DNA of 64,000 nucleotides from contig CM061256.1 in the NCBI GenBank assembly GCA_022605425.2, positions 434,001-498,000 on the forward strand. Direction: 5' to 3'. The stretch is from Hamiltosporidium tvaerminnensis FI-OER-3-3 (taxonomy: Eukaryota; Fungi; Microsporidia). This document shows positions 29,160 through 42,600 of the stretch, piece after piece; the stretch's first letter is position 1, and every line of letters begins with the position of its first letter. The notes under the pieces were generated by a model, which did no database searches, was not told the origin of the DNA, and saw only the letters and a list, made by a program, of their open reading frames with translations. The position numbers and the translations under genes were made by a program.

Positions 29160-30420
29160 TTAACTTTGAAGAGTATAGCATAGTGCTGAATGGCAAAGCG
29201 AACATATTCTTTTGCAACTCTTGAATTGTTTATTAAAAAATAATAAATATCAACTAGACGAGCCGCAATCCTACAGTTGGATATATTTGAAAACTCATTT
29301 TGCATCAATAAAAAGCTTCTTAAACGTAAATTGTTGGTTAGAAGAAGAAGTCACTAACAGGGGTGTAACAGAAGCTCAACTTGCAAAATCATATAACGAA
29401 ATAAAAAAACGAAAATAACATTTAAAAATATATAATGCAAGAAAAAATGAGCTTTGAAATGTATGTGGCTCTTCAAGATGGCTAAAAAAAGAATATTAGG
29501 TCACGTGATGAAGCAGCGCTCTACTATATCCAAGATAGAAATGTATTCAGAGCACACAAGAAGTATGTGGCAACATTGTAATAAACCTGGCAAGCTTGTA
29601 GATCATCTAACAACTCGATGTGAAAAAATGTTAAGTATTGCCTACACCAGACGGCATAATGCTGTGGTTAGAAGTCTGCACATGCTAAATAAATATAAGT
29701 GTGAGTCTTCGACACAAATTAGAAGCCACTGAGTGCAAGAAATTCTTGAAAACGAGCATGCGGAGATATGAGTGAACACCCGGATAAAAACTGATTTCAA
29801 GATTCGGAATAATAGCCTTGATATATTTATTTTATAAAAAAAATAATGAGATAATACTCATTAAAGTATGAGTTACTTCTCAAAATAAACTTAACCAATG
29901 TTGAAACAAAAAAACTTAGGAAGTATGGCTTGCTAGCAAATGAGTTGGGTCTTATTTATAGGTTTGGTGTCGAGATAATTACTTATATGATGACCTAGGA
30001 TGATATTGTGACAAATACCATAAATCACATAAAAAGACTTTAAATATACTATAATAAAAGAAATACATTCAGTCTATTTTACTTATGAAGACAGTCGAAA
30101 CAATTTCATTTGATCGACGAAGAGGACTGGAGTCAGGACTAAATGCCGAAGAGAGCTGGGAGAGAGCGCCGACAGGTATTATTAAAAAATCTGAAAAGCA
30201 TGAAGAACCAAATACTTCGTTTATAACAAGCCAGCAATGACGTAGAATGTAGTAAACATTTAAAAACAAAAAATATAACATCGTTATTTTCAAAAAGAGG
30301 AACCCCGTGTGAGGAATTCGGCCATAAACATAAGAAAAAAGTATGGAATAGAAGAAGAAACAGTAAAGTAAAGGAGTTAAAATAAAATGCATGCAAATTG
30401 TACAAAACATTTTAACCAAA
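29160..30420 (+). mobile_element. Degenerate 3' fragment of an RLE-type non-LTR retrotransposon (copy 1)
   Basis: Pieces EAQLAKSYNEIKKRK, QHCNKPGKLVDHLTTRCEKML..YTRRHN and KTVETISFDRRRGLESGLNAEESWERA align with the ORF at 62299-63234. Many stops and frameshifts. Confidence 0.9.
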
Positions 30421-30638
30421 AATTTTTGGTAAGTTGATTTTAATTTTTATAACTCATAAAATATATTTAAATACGATTTTCTCGTGTACAGAGCGTATTT
30501 TTTTTAGTTAAAATTTTTATATGTTCACAAATATTATCTACATTAAACAATATTTCTTTGCTCGTTTTAACTATCATTAGAAAATTCAGAATGAATGTTC
30601 ATATCTTAAAAACTACCATTTTTATGTAATTATATCAT

Positions 30639-30667
30639 ACTAGCTGTGTATCTTGTTAAAACGAGAT
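30639..30667 (-). mobile_element. Possible Helitron 3' terminus
   Basis: The minus strand reads ATCTCGTT-TT-AACAAGAT (hairpin, 1 mismatch), then ACACAG, then CTAG|T, which is the Helitron 3'-end layout. No 5' end or second copy was identified. Confidence 0.3.
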
Positions 30668-32274
30668 GTAATTTTCACATTAAAAATAAATAAAAATCTT
30701 GATTCTACCCCAAAGAATTATTTGAATAGCTTTTAACCTTTATAGATTTAAGTTTATACCATTCCATAGTATGTTTACTGTCCATTCTTTTGATTTTTTC
30801 TATTTATATTTTTAGCCGTCGATTAGCAATTTCAAAAAAATATCTGAATATATTTTACTGTGATATTTTCTATTCTATTTGACTTCGATATATGTTTATA
30901 ATAGTTTTAGTGATTTTTTAATACATGCTCAACTAGAACGCCATCTATTTTCATTTGACTCGCTTAGTTCGATTTAAAATTTTTAATATACGGCGACATT
31001 TTATCTTTAAAACTGTTCTGTTACACTCTGCATATTGATTAAATTATTTATTTTATAATTTTCGGACATTTTATTGCAAATCTTCAATGCTAATTAGGTA
31101 CAAGATTTCATAAACTATCATACACAATGTTTAATGCATTTATATAGTCGTGAAATTGAGTTTATCCTTAAATTTTTTATTAATTTTGAAAATTCTTACA
31201 TATAAATTCGCAGAAGTTATTCTAATTATTATCCCAAAAAGAGACAATTACAAAAAAAATGTATTTATAATATTATTCTTGTCAACGACTAAAAGCATAC
31301 AAAGATTTTTAGAATTTCTTATCACATATATCAATTAAACCAAATTAAACATTTGGAGCCACTTGAGCTACTCTACTGATGTTTATTTGTGATCAGGATT
31401 CATATTTTTAGTTGAAAACTCATAACTAGTTGATTTGATTTTTAGAACATTTTACGGAGAGTCGTCGTGTCATACCTTTTTATTTTAAGGATTTGTTTTT
31501 TTTTTGTATTTTTTAATACATTGTTAATTGGCCACTTTAAAATTTAATAGGCATATAAAAACAATTTGTAATGCCTCAATATACCAAGCAATAAAATCTA
31601 AACATTTTGAAAAGAAAAACATTTGCGCACTTAGAGGAAATGAGACTTTATTTGCGAAAACGATTGTGTTAAGCTATTCTAAAAAAATAGTTTATAGTTT
31701 TTTGTAATACTTTTGGTTTTGCTTTTCTAGTCATTTTAAATAGCTTTTATAAATCTCCATATTAGAAGTCATGCGGAAATCTCTATTTTTTGTTTTCTAT
31801 TATATTATCTGGTCAATGAATCTCAAAAAAAATGCAAGTATACATTTATTGCTTTTGTTGAGTAATTTTCTGACATAACGGAATAAATTTAATATAATCT
31901 CTTTGTATATTTCAGATTGTTTCTTACTATAATCTAATTTTATGCTACTCTGTCAAAACCTAATGTATTGCAAGATCACCACTTGTGTTCCCTATAAGCT
32001 TGGATATTCATTTAAACTACCTCAATTAGGCCCGACCTAAAAGCAAAATGTTTGCGCATTAAACTTAAAGATAATCAATCCGGCAAATTATTTAATTACA
32101 TTATTCATAACGTAATTGAGCAATTTTTGATGTCATATAAAAACCGGGCTTTTCTGATTCTCTAATTTTAATTTGGCAAAAGTAATTTGTTACTTTTAAG
32201 AAATTCAAAACACGAACACAGTCTGTACAACAATAAAACGTTAGGGTCTGAATTATCGTTTATTGCAACTCATT

Positions 32275-32498
32275 TTATACCATGCTACGAATGGTACGGG
32301 CTTCGATTATTTGTTTCTTGTCGTGGTAGCGACTAAAAGAGACCGTTCCGCGTGGTTGGGGGTTGATAAACTCGACAGTTCATTGTTCTCCCCCTATTTA
32401 CCAGGTCCGTTAAAGTAAACATACCCACTAGAAATAGACCGGAAAGCGGTATTACTAAAAGCGGCTAAGGCTCCTATAGGGCTGTAGGCCCGATGATG
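32275..32498 (+). mobile_element. Bipartite RTE-derived SINE-like element, family B copy 2
   Basis: CTTGTCGTGGTAGCGACTAAAAGAGAC, GTTGGGGGTTGA, and a 3' GGCTAAGGCTCCTATAGGGCTGTAGGCCCGATGATGAT (RTE-type end with GAT tail). Probable degenerate TSD ATTGCAA..ATTT (32262 / 32499). Confidence 0.8.
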
Positions 32499-35400
32499 AT
32501 TGCAATATTTAACTTTACTAATAACATTAGTTTGACGAATGCTTTAATTTCTCGCGATATATGTTTACAATCGCTTTTTACGAGTTGAAAAATAATTTTC
32601 TAATGTAGTATATTCAATAGGGATTGCTGATAGAAATCCGAGTATATTTTGGATTTGATTCTAAGATTTTTTTTCTTTACTTTAGATATTACAGGCCACG
32701 AGGTCTTGTTTTTTTTCTTTTTTTGGCTCGGTCACGACTATATTCAAGCTTTTGTTCTGAACTCGCTGTATATATTGAGAAAAATCCTAAATATTTAATT
32801 GAATATTAAAAATTTTTGTTTTTTTTCAAATGTCTTTAAAGAAACAGATTTAAGACTTTTGTTTTCAAATAAATGCAAATATATCTATTTATTAAAAATT
32901 TCTATTTAGATAAATTGAGAAACAAAATCTCTTTGGTCTAAAATATCTAAGCTACACGGCGGCTGCATACTAAAATCTAAGAATATATATTTTTTCTCAA
33001 ATATATCGTACTGTAAATTTTCAAAATAAGATTTTCAAGTATAGAAACTCTTTTAAAAAAGGTATATTAAATATTCAATATCAGCAAGCGTAAATTTTAT
33101 TATAATATACAGCTTGCGAAATGTTCAATAGCTTTCCATGTTTTTATGGTAAATTAACAGCTTATGTAAAATTTTACGTTATCACTTTTTTTTGAAAATT
33201 AATTATAATTAAATCTTAGCAGCACAAATAAATTCTCTCAATAAAAGATTTAGACCGGTTTTATGGGGCTTAAGCCGTGTAATGCATGAACATATCATTT
33301 GTGATGGAATCCGCATCCAAAAAATTAATAGAATTATTTTTTCTAAGGTGCATTAATATTACAAAAACACCTTTTTTTAGTAGACAATTTTGGCAAAGCA
33401 TACCTATTTTATAAACTGGTTCGTAGTTTTAGGCTTGGGTAGACGCAAAAGGATATAATTACAATTTTTTTTTGCTTGAGAAGTACGAACTGCTGAAATA
33501 TTGTAGAAATATAAATTAAGTTAAAAATAAATTCTTTAATATTTATGTAAAAAAAACATATGTTTATTTCGACTAATGCAGTTTAATTAAATCATTTGAA
33601 ATACTTTGAAAAGTAACTGCTATAGTGTCAGAATTGTAATATTATAAATCAATATTTAAACAAAGATTTTCCCAAATCAAAATATTTGTAAAAGATTCGG
33701 CTAGGTAATTTAAAATAAGTCAATTAGTAGGCTAAAATACTTTTTTTAATATCCGATATAAATAATCAACTTAAATTAGAACAATAAATCAAAGTGAATA
33801 CGATTTTGATGTTGTATGTTTATGAAATATTTTTTCATACAATCAGATTACACGTAATGTTGTTACGAAGGTGCGACTCATACAAAGGCCTAGGTATGAA
33901 ATGGCAAATGACTGTTTTATGTGTATTTTCAATTTTAATATGTCGAATAACATTAACACAGTGTTATATTTGAGGGAAATTTATTGCTTTTTTTCAGTAA
34001 ACTAATACAATTTCATTATATAAATTTGCAACTTTGCAATATTAAGAACTATATGTTAATGTAAAAAACCATTTTTAACTTTGTTAAATTTTTAATTATT
34101 TGCTTCATAACTTATACATTATTTTAATTATTTTTGATTCGGGTTCTGTTCGAGATATTTATGAAGAATGCTAATATTGTAAAATCTTTAATAAAGTTGA
34201 CTTATTTAAAACCTAAAATTTTGCAAGAAATGCTTAATATAGAAAAAACGTTTCGTTTTCTACAAGAGGAATATATAATCTAAGTAAATAGATTGACAAA
34301 CAAAATTTGTACATTACAAAAGGTTTGAATCCTTTGATGGCATTTTTTGAAAAAAAATCAAATAGAAAACACTCTAAGCAACAAGTATTCGGAAAGCGTA
34401 ATACCAACTTAGTTATATTTTTTCTCTCTTATCTCTCGATGTCAAGGATGAAAAACTTGAAATTTTCTAATTGTTTTTTAAATCAGCTGTTACCGGGAAT
34501 TATGCGTATTTGGCTAAAGACCCGATGTGGTTTATATCCTACAAATGTCAAAAATGATTTTCTTAAAATTTTAGACGAACTTTGACAATCAAATGGGTTT
34601 TAATTTGGTTATTCTTCTCTCTACTCATAATACGAATATCAAACAGAATATAATAAGCAATTTTTGTTTTTATTTGAGTTGGCCAGTTAATCAGGTATCA
34701 ATAATGTTTTTCTCGACATTTCTGTGAAATGAAATTCTTTCGGTTAAATGCAATTCTAGTCCTCTTGATGTTAATGTTTGGATACAATATTCTTCTGATA
34801 TATGTTGGATATTTATAGAGGAAAGACATTTTTATTTTACGTAAAGAATTTAATCTTAAATATAATATTGAATATGTATTTCAATATGTTATGAACAAAT
34901 ATTTAAATAAAATATTTAGTTTAAAAAACATACAAAAAAATTAATATTTTTACGAAATGAGGACAAGAGTAATGTTTCTTAAAATTTAACTTTTATACAA
35001 ATATTTTAGTATTTTCTTAAGCAATTTTCAAAAATTTATTATTACGAAGCAAACATTTTGAAAAAATACATAGGAAACTAATTAACTTGACTCATTTGCA
35101 TAAACTAGCCGTTTTCTTTTAAGTAAACAAGATAACAGTTAGTAGTAAATATTTAAGCAGAAATAAGATATAATTTATTTTTGAACTAATTAAAATATTT
35201 TTTTGTTAGCAAAAGACTAATCAATTATTAAAATGATCGAAGTTTTAATTGCTAGAGCATTTCAAACCAGCGCCATACCAAAGTACCCAAAATATGTCTA
35301 TAATCAAAAAAGACATATTTCATCTCAGTTTTACATACATCTGTATATAAATACAAACACTTTTTTGATTACTTTTCAGATTATTTTTTCGCAATCATGC

Positions 35401-38400
35401 CACGAAAAATATTCGCTAATTAGTATTTCTACAGATAATATACAAAATCTTATCAATTTATAGTTATAATTAAAATTTTAAACGTATGAGGCATTATGAA
35501 ATTTAGTAGTCCTAAAAAATTTATCAATATTTATGAAAAAGAGATCATAATCAAATATGATATAGGTGTTTAGATAACACAAAGCGAGATTTTCGGCTTT
35601 ATTTCCAAATTGTCATGATTATTATAGATTGTAGTCGACTGATAGCTTAGATATGTTTTGAAAAGATATAAACCATTAAAAATAAAGTTGAATAGCCCGT
35701 CTATTTAAACTTATACATTTTTTAATTCATCGATATATAAAAAATTCATTACATATTATTATACATTAAATTTGTTTAATGTCAAAATAAAGCCTGTTTT
35801 ATTATAGCAAATTTTTAGCAACAATTATTTATTTCGTTTTTGCTTTTATAATTCAGTTCGTTTCGGCATTTATTTGTAAAACACCTAAAATTTTTTATTT
35901 ATTTTGAAAAAAAGCACCGAGCACTAAATCTACGAGGAAATATCTTCTTCTTCGGTCGCGAAAAAATCTAAAAATTTAAAAAGCGCATTCAAATGGCAAT
36001 TTGAAATTGTAAGATAATACTCAAAAAACGGAATATCAAATTAGGGCTGTGTTTTGTTAAAATTGGCTTGGGAATAATAATTCAAACTAACTTTTTGCAA
36101 ATTTATGATTCTGAAAGAGTATTAAATTAAATTTCTTATGGAATTAAGTTAATAACAAGTTTCTGGTTAAGTTGTATAATTGTACAAATGAATATGTATA
36201 CTATTTTAGAATAAAATAAAAAATTTTAGGCAAAAATATTCTAGTAATTAAAAACATAATTTATCTACGTATATTTTTGAAAACCAAGTAAAATTTGCTA
36301 TTATTCTTTCTAATACACATTTTTGTCTCAACTTGCTTATAAAACAAATTTGAACTAACTTTTCTAATTTCAATATAGAAAGTTACAGTTAAACTAAATT
36401 ATTGACTTTTATCAATAATACGAAAACTCCCATAAGAATTTATATGCTGAATTATCTTTCATAACGAAACCCCTTTAATTTAATCATAGATACTGTTTAT
36501 ATAGCAAACGAATAATCCTTATGTATACTGGTTCTTTTTATAATCGCTTTTCTTCATTCGTCTTTAGAACAAGCAGGATTTTTAACGCAATCATTATCTT
36601 ACTGGGAATATTACATAAAAAACTGCATCTAATTTTGAAGAAAAATCTAGATATATAATGTTATTTTTAAAATACTCGTGATATTAATTACTAAACCTCA
36701 TTGTGTTTGAGAAACTAAATTCGCTATTTGGCTTCGTATTAAGATCAGAATACGCTTCATATTTTTTTATTACATAAGTTACGGTAAATATTATCGGTTT
36801 TATACACTTTAAAAATTCTTATACCTCGTAATGATATAGATCAAAAACTATAAGTTATCACTAAATGTTTTTGTGTAATAAATAATATTAACAGGTGATT
36901 AGTGTATCTCGTAAGACACCAGATTGAACAAAATTTTATCACTTAAAAGACGTACAGATACCTAACCTTACCGAGATATTATGTCATTATATGCTTATCA
37001 AAAATATTTCGTTTTTTAATTATATCGGCAAATCAATTGGGTTGCATTTTAGTTTTAAAGCTTAAAGCCGAGACTTCGGAAAACCGAATGTCGAGGTTAA
37101 AAATTATTTAGCATTCTGACTTTTAAACTTGGATAGAATCTTATAATCTTTAGCAATTATTTCTAAAATATTTTAACTAACAAACAAAATCTTGTAACGT
37201 AAAATAATTTGGTTTATTATGATGTGACTTTCATCTTTTTTCTCATAATCTTTGTGCATTTATGTAGACGAATTTATTAAAGGCTCTAAGTAAAAGACAA
37301 ATGTATTGTAATATCTTATTATAATCACCAAATATGATTTTAACGAGTTCGGATACTAGAGTTCATTTATATCGTTGTTTTTTACTCAAATAATAAGATT
37401 GCCAGCTTTTTTGCATTATTATTTTAGCCACTTCATACCTTGAAATTTAAATATTGCTTTTTAGTCTTTTTTTGCAGTTCGAAATGTATACTCGTTGAAA
37501 TTTGTAAGGGGGTGTATCCTTTGGAACTTTTTTATTGACTTATAGTATATTTTGCAAAGTCTTTACAATTAAGAAATAATAAAATCAATATAACGTAATA
37601 TAAAAGTCAAATCGAGATTTTTAAAAAGTTAAATTTTTCTATAACTGATGATGTATTATATAGTTTTTTGTCCTTTCCCTGGGCTTTAAAAAGTTTTTTA
37701 AAAATTGTCTGTCCGCCAAATTATCTATTCATAAAGTTGTTTTTTTATTAGATAATATAAAATTTTTTTTCCTTGCCAAATCCAAAAATAGGTGTAGAAT
37801 ATTCTTTTTCTAAGCTAAGACAAACTACAGAATTTTCATTATATAGATTTTTATTCTTCCTTTCTGTATAAAATAGTTTCATACGCTTTTTGTTTATTAG
37901 ATTTATTTCATTTTCTAGATTTACATTTTTTTAGTATTTATAAAATAATTATCTGCATATATATTCGGTACATATTATTAAGCTATAAAATATATGGGTG
38001 ATAAATTTTACTAAAAAGATCTTTTTATAAACATTTTAAAAACTTTGAAATATAAATAAAAATGAACTCATTTATGAAATTTGATGAAAAATCTTTACTC
38101 CGTAAAATTTTTCTATTATATAATTATCGGCAATATTTATGCCTTAAATTAAAGCGCCTTGGTTTTTTCTAATCTTTATATGTATTAAGTTGAAAATTAT
38201 ATTTCAAATATAGTAAGCCATTTATTTTATTCCAAAAATTGATAGCTTAGAGATTAGATATTATAATAAATTTCTATTTTATAGATACAATTATTACATT
38301 ATGGGTTTACTTTTTCATCTACAATAATTGAGTGTTTATATCATTTCGAATACCGTAACTGTACAATATTTAAAAAAAAGTCTGAAATTAAATTTAAGTA

Positions 38401-38942
38401 GTTTTGGGCAGGTCATAACTTTCATTTGATTATGCTTCTTGGTCTCATGGAATCCCAGATTACCATTATTAGACAATTAGAAAATGATTTATTTTAAAAA
38501 ATTATTTAGTAATAATTAATCAATTTTGCGTCATAAATTATCTATTTTATTCTCTATTTCTTAATCGGCAGTTTTAATTTTAATAAGAAATAAAATTTAT
38601 GTGTAATACTTTTGCTTTTGTATTATTCGTTAGTTCTAGAAGCTTCGATACTTACTTAATCAAACTAATCCATAGCGCTCGTTATCGATAGTCAACAAAT
38701 ATTTTTTTTATTTATTTAAATCTGATAAAGCTCGCTGATTATGACGGGTTTTGCAGCGATTTTTGTAGTTTATGACCTACATAAAGGGCAAAAAAGCTTT
38801 TCAAACAATTCTAAAAACACGACAAGATATATGTTTTAAACGTGTCTATCTTCCTTCCACTATTTACTAGAAGACTTTGAATTTAAAATATCCTAAAGAT
38901 TAAAACTTAAATATATTATTTTTAATTAATATTTCTATCTAT

Positions 38943-39671
38943 TTTATTAAAAAGTATCACATCTTTTTTAAAATAGTGGCAAGTGTTATATTTGTTTTCA
39001 TGACATTAACGCAGTTCTAGGTTTAACATAAATAACTGCTACCCCAACACTCCATCGGTAACCCCTGCGATACCTACGTCCCAAAGCCTTTCATCTACCA
39101 GGTGTGTAGAACCTAATTAATAGGCGAGGCAGTTGCTTGGAGTTCGTTAATGTCCGTTGCATGGAGTGTGATCGAAGGCCGAAGCCCCCCCTGGGATCCC
39201 CCAAGACTAAACAGCATTCCCACTTACTCTACACTTTCTGAACCCAATAAACTTCTAGCTAAGATATATTTCAGAGATTTACATGGGGTCCACCTAGACA
39301 GTGCAATGTCATACCAACAGGTATAACCTGCTACTTAGCTCTCCCGGCTTTATTGGTTTTTTGTTTTATATCTCACAGGCGCTAAGTCTTCTAACCCGAG
39401 TGAGCAAGGCTAGGTTTCCATGCTTTTACATGGCAATTACCTACATATTCAACTGCGGTCTGCAATCTGGTTACATAAAAAACTACAAATAAATTTGTAG
39501 AAAAAGTTTCTCCATTTCTTAGACCTCTCCTCCTCATAACAACTCCCATGGAACAACCGAAGATGTAGTGTGGTTTTATTCCCACCAAAAATCCAAACAA
39601 TGATCTCACACCAGTTTCACACACTCATTGCCAAGCAGAAAGTTTTTTATGTGGTTATCCTCCCTCCACTT
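38943..39671 (-). mobile_element. ~720-bp non-coding retroposon, family A copy 3
   Basis: Full-length copy flanked by an 11-bp direct repeat TTTCTATCTAT (38932-38942 and 39672-39682). In element orientation it starts GTGGAGGGAGGATAACCAC and ends GATGTGATACTTTTTAATAAA. Confidence 0.92.
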
Positions 39672-42600
39672 TTTCTATCTATAAAGATATATTTGATATT
39701 AATTCTCTCCTAATTATGAATAATATCGTCAAAATGTGAATTATGCCAATTTAAATTTGGAAGTTCGACATCTTTGAAATTTAAGCAATTTAATTAAAAT
39801 AACAAGAAGTTACACCTATTCTAAAAACTTTCAATTTCCTATAATACTTAGACATATGTATTAAAATTATAAAAAAAATAACCACTTTGGTTCAAATATA
39901 AATTTTTCAAAAGAAACACTTTAAGGTAGATCTATGTTCATTCCCTATTATATTTTTTAAAAGTAATACTTATTTCATTTTGAAATATTCAGATACAAAT
40001 TCTTGAAATTATAATTTTATGAAATAAAAGAATTTTCAAAAACAACTATCTAAAATAGCAAACTTGATTCGCTTTTCACAGTATGATCTGAATTAGTCAA
40101 ATTGAGAAACTTTAGAAATATACAATGAGACCAAAATTATAGAAATTTGGGTTTCGGTAAACCTATTTCTTCTTAAGCTATCTTATTTATTTAGTGTAAC
40201 TTCTACATAAATGTAAGATATGTGTATATAAGAAGGAAATTATTATATGAGTTAATTAAAAAATAGTAAGCAAAAAATATACTGGCGGTGTAGAAGACTT
40301 GTTTTTACACGTACTATATTATTTACAATATATAATGTAAAATATGTCGAAAATATTTTTTGAAAAAATAAAAAATTAAAGCTTGAAAGAAAAAGAATTT
40401 CCTCGCCTAATTGTATGTTGGCGTTTTGCTATATTTGCCCTTTGGTTTGTTCATTCTAATAATTGTGTTTCGTTTAAGTTAATATCATAGAAAAAATGTG
40501 AAAAAAATACTCTATTTAGCTTTTTTTAATAGAAATCTATATATGTACAATTTGAAATTCTTTTAATAAAGTCAATAAAAAAACTTGAAAGGGAAATGAA
40601 TCGAGAGGCTTTTCTAAAAATTTTACATTAAGCATACCGTTTGATATACTTTGATTTTGTGTGTATAATTCTAACTAAATGAGCCGAATCCTGTTGAATC
40701 TGATTTAAGAAGCTTTTATATTTTTTTCATTTCATCTATCTATTTTTTTATAAGACTCCGATTCAATTTAAGCAAGTATGACGATTAAGGCTGACAGAAA
40801 TGATTTTTTTACTTATCATGCGTTATTTTTAAATATTATAAATTGCTGTCTCCAAAGTGATACCTAAGATTTTCTGTAAAAGAAGAATTATTTTACCTTG
40901 AAAATTCAGTAATGCAATTTTACCAGGCACACATAAAAATATAACATTTTAAATATATTTTTATCGAACTAGATTTCCTGTTTTATGATTTTGGTAAAAA
41001 AAAAGTCCCCAAACTGTTTAGAACCGTATAAACTTCTTATTTTAAGTATTTTTTATAAAGCGGGGGTATATATCGGATATCTGCATGTATTTTGTAACTA
41101 ATGTTGGATTTCAAGACGATGTAATATTTGCGAATAAACTATCCGTTGAATCATTCTTAGAAAAGGGTTAAATTAGGCGGAAGTGGATATATTTTTCTGG
41201 AATAATTTCAATTAAATACCTAAAAACAAAATCAGTCATAGCAAAATATGAATATGTAATATCTTATATTATAACCTATCAAATTACTTAATAGAGATTG
41301 GCACAGATGTTACATTCTCTTAATTTTAAAATATATTTGGCGAATAGCAAAACTATTTAAAAAAAACTTATAAAATCTGGCGATATAAATGAACGTGGAT
41401 AAACAATGCTTATGTTTTTAACTTACATAAATATATTTTGTACATTTATGTTTTTCGAATATAATTTTGTTTAATAAAATCCCAGCTATTGACGGCTTTA
41501 GTCTTTATTGGTATGCATATCGCTGCTATAAATAAATAGCTATTAAGTTAAGTTTATGGTTTAAATATAAACAGTTTAAGAAATCTTATGTTCAAATTTT
41601 AATTCTTACGATAGGTAAAATTTAAAAAAACTGAACATAAAAATTGTTTATAAAATGAATAATACGAAATTTATATATATTTCTACTATTCTGTTCCTTT
41701 TTATTATTTGTATGCTAGAATACTTGTATAGTTTTGATTTATTAAATGTATTTCGACCAATAGTCTAATCAAGACATTTCATAGTATATTTAGATATCTT
41801 AAATATATAGAATATTTTTGATTTAGCATAAGAATAAAAATTTTAAAGATTTTGATGTACCTGGGTGTGCTTATTTGACTTTTACATATAAAAAGGTAGT
41901 ATTCTGCATTTTTTGGGGCATGTTGTTCTTAGATAAAGATGTATTCTTTATATTTACATATACAAAAAAATATAAAAATACTTACGAAGATTTTTTTTCA
42001 TTATGATGAATTATTTTCTCCATAAAGAAACACTCCTATAGAAACGATTAAAGTCAAATTTGAAAGCTCTAAAAAGTATTTTTAAAGTTTTGATTTGAGA
42101 ATATAAGGCAAACGTGTCAGAGAAACTCTTAATTTATTGAATTTACTCAATGGGTGTATAAAATTAGTTAAGCTTATAGTAGGTTAAGAAAAAAAATATT
42201 CTTAGTATTCATAAAATTGATTCACAGTAAATAATTATCTACTTTCATGTATGAATAGGGAACAGCGAAAACATGCTTGGTGAAATATTTGCTAAATTCT
42301 AGTAATTGTCTAAATTATGTTGTTTGTATAAATGAGTTAAATATTTGTGCCAAAAAAGCTACAAATAAAAAATATTAAATTTTAGAAATTATCCAGACAA
42401 GAAATTAAAAAAATAAATTGATTCATATAATTTTTGTAACTTAACATATATAAACCAATAAACAAATAACTAATATTTTAAAATAATTTGATAAAAAATT
42501 TATGGCTTATAAATATGATATAGATATTTTGTTAATAATTATCTTTAAGATTCATACAAATTTGCCAATATTTAAATTTAACATACTTATCGATTCTTAA

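Noticed and set aside
30069-30419. ORFs 30069-30419, 54988-55191 and 62312-62632 sharing SAFSPDSSPLRRSxEIVSTVF
   Set aside because: They are antisense to the LINE C-terminal coding region.
39260-39290. TAAGATATA / CAGAGAC(T) strings reminiscent of group I intron S and R elements
   Set aside because: They are in the wrong order, no P7 pairing can be built, and the element has TSDs and is not inside a gene.
39301-39624. Short ORFs within family A copy 3
   Set aside because: No equivalent ORFs appear in the track for the other three copies.
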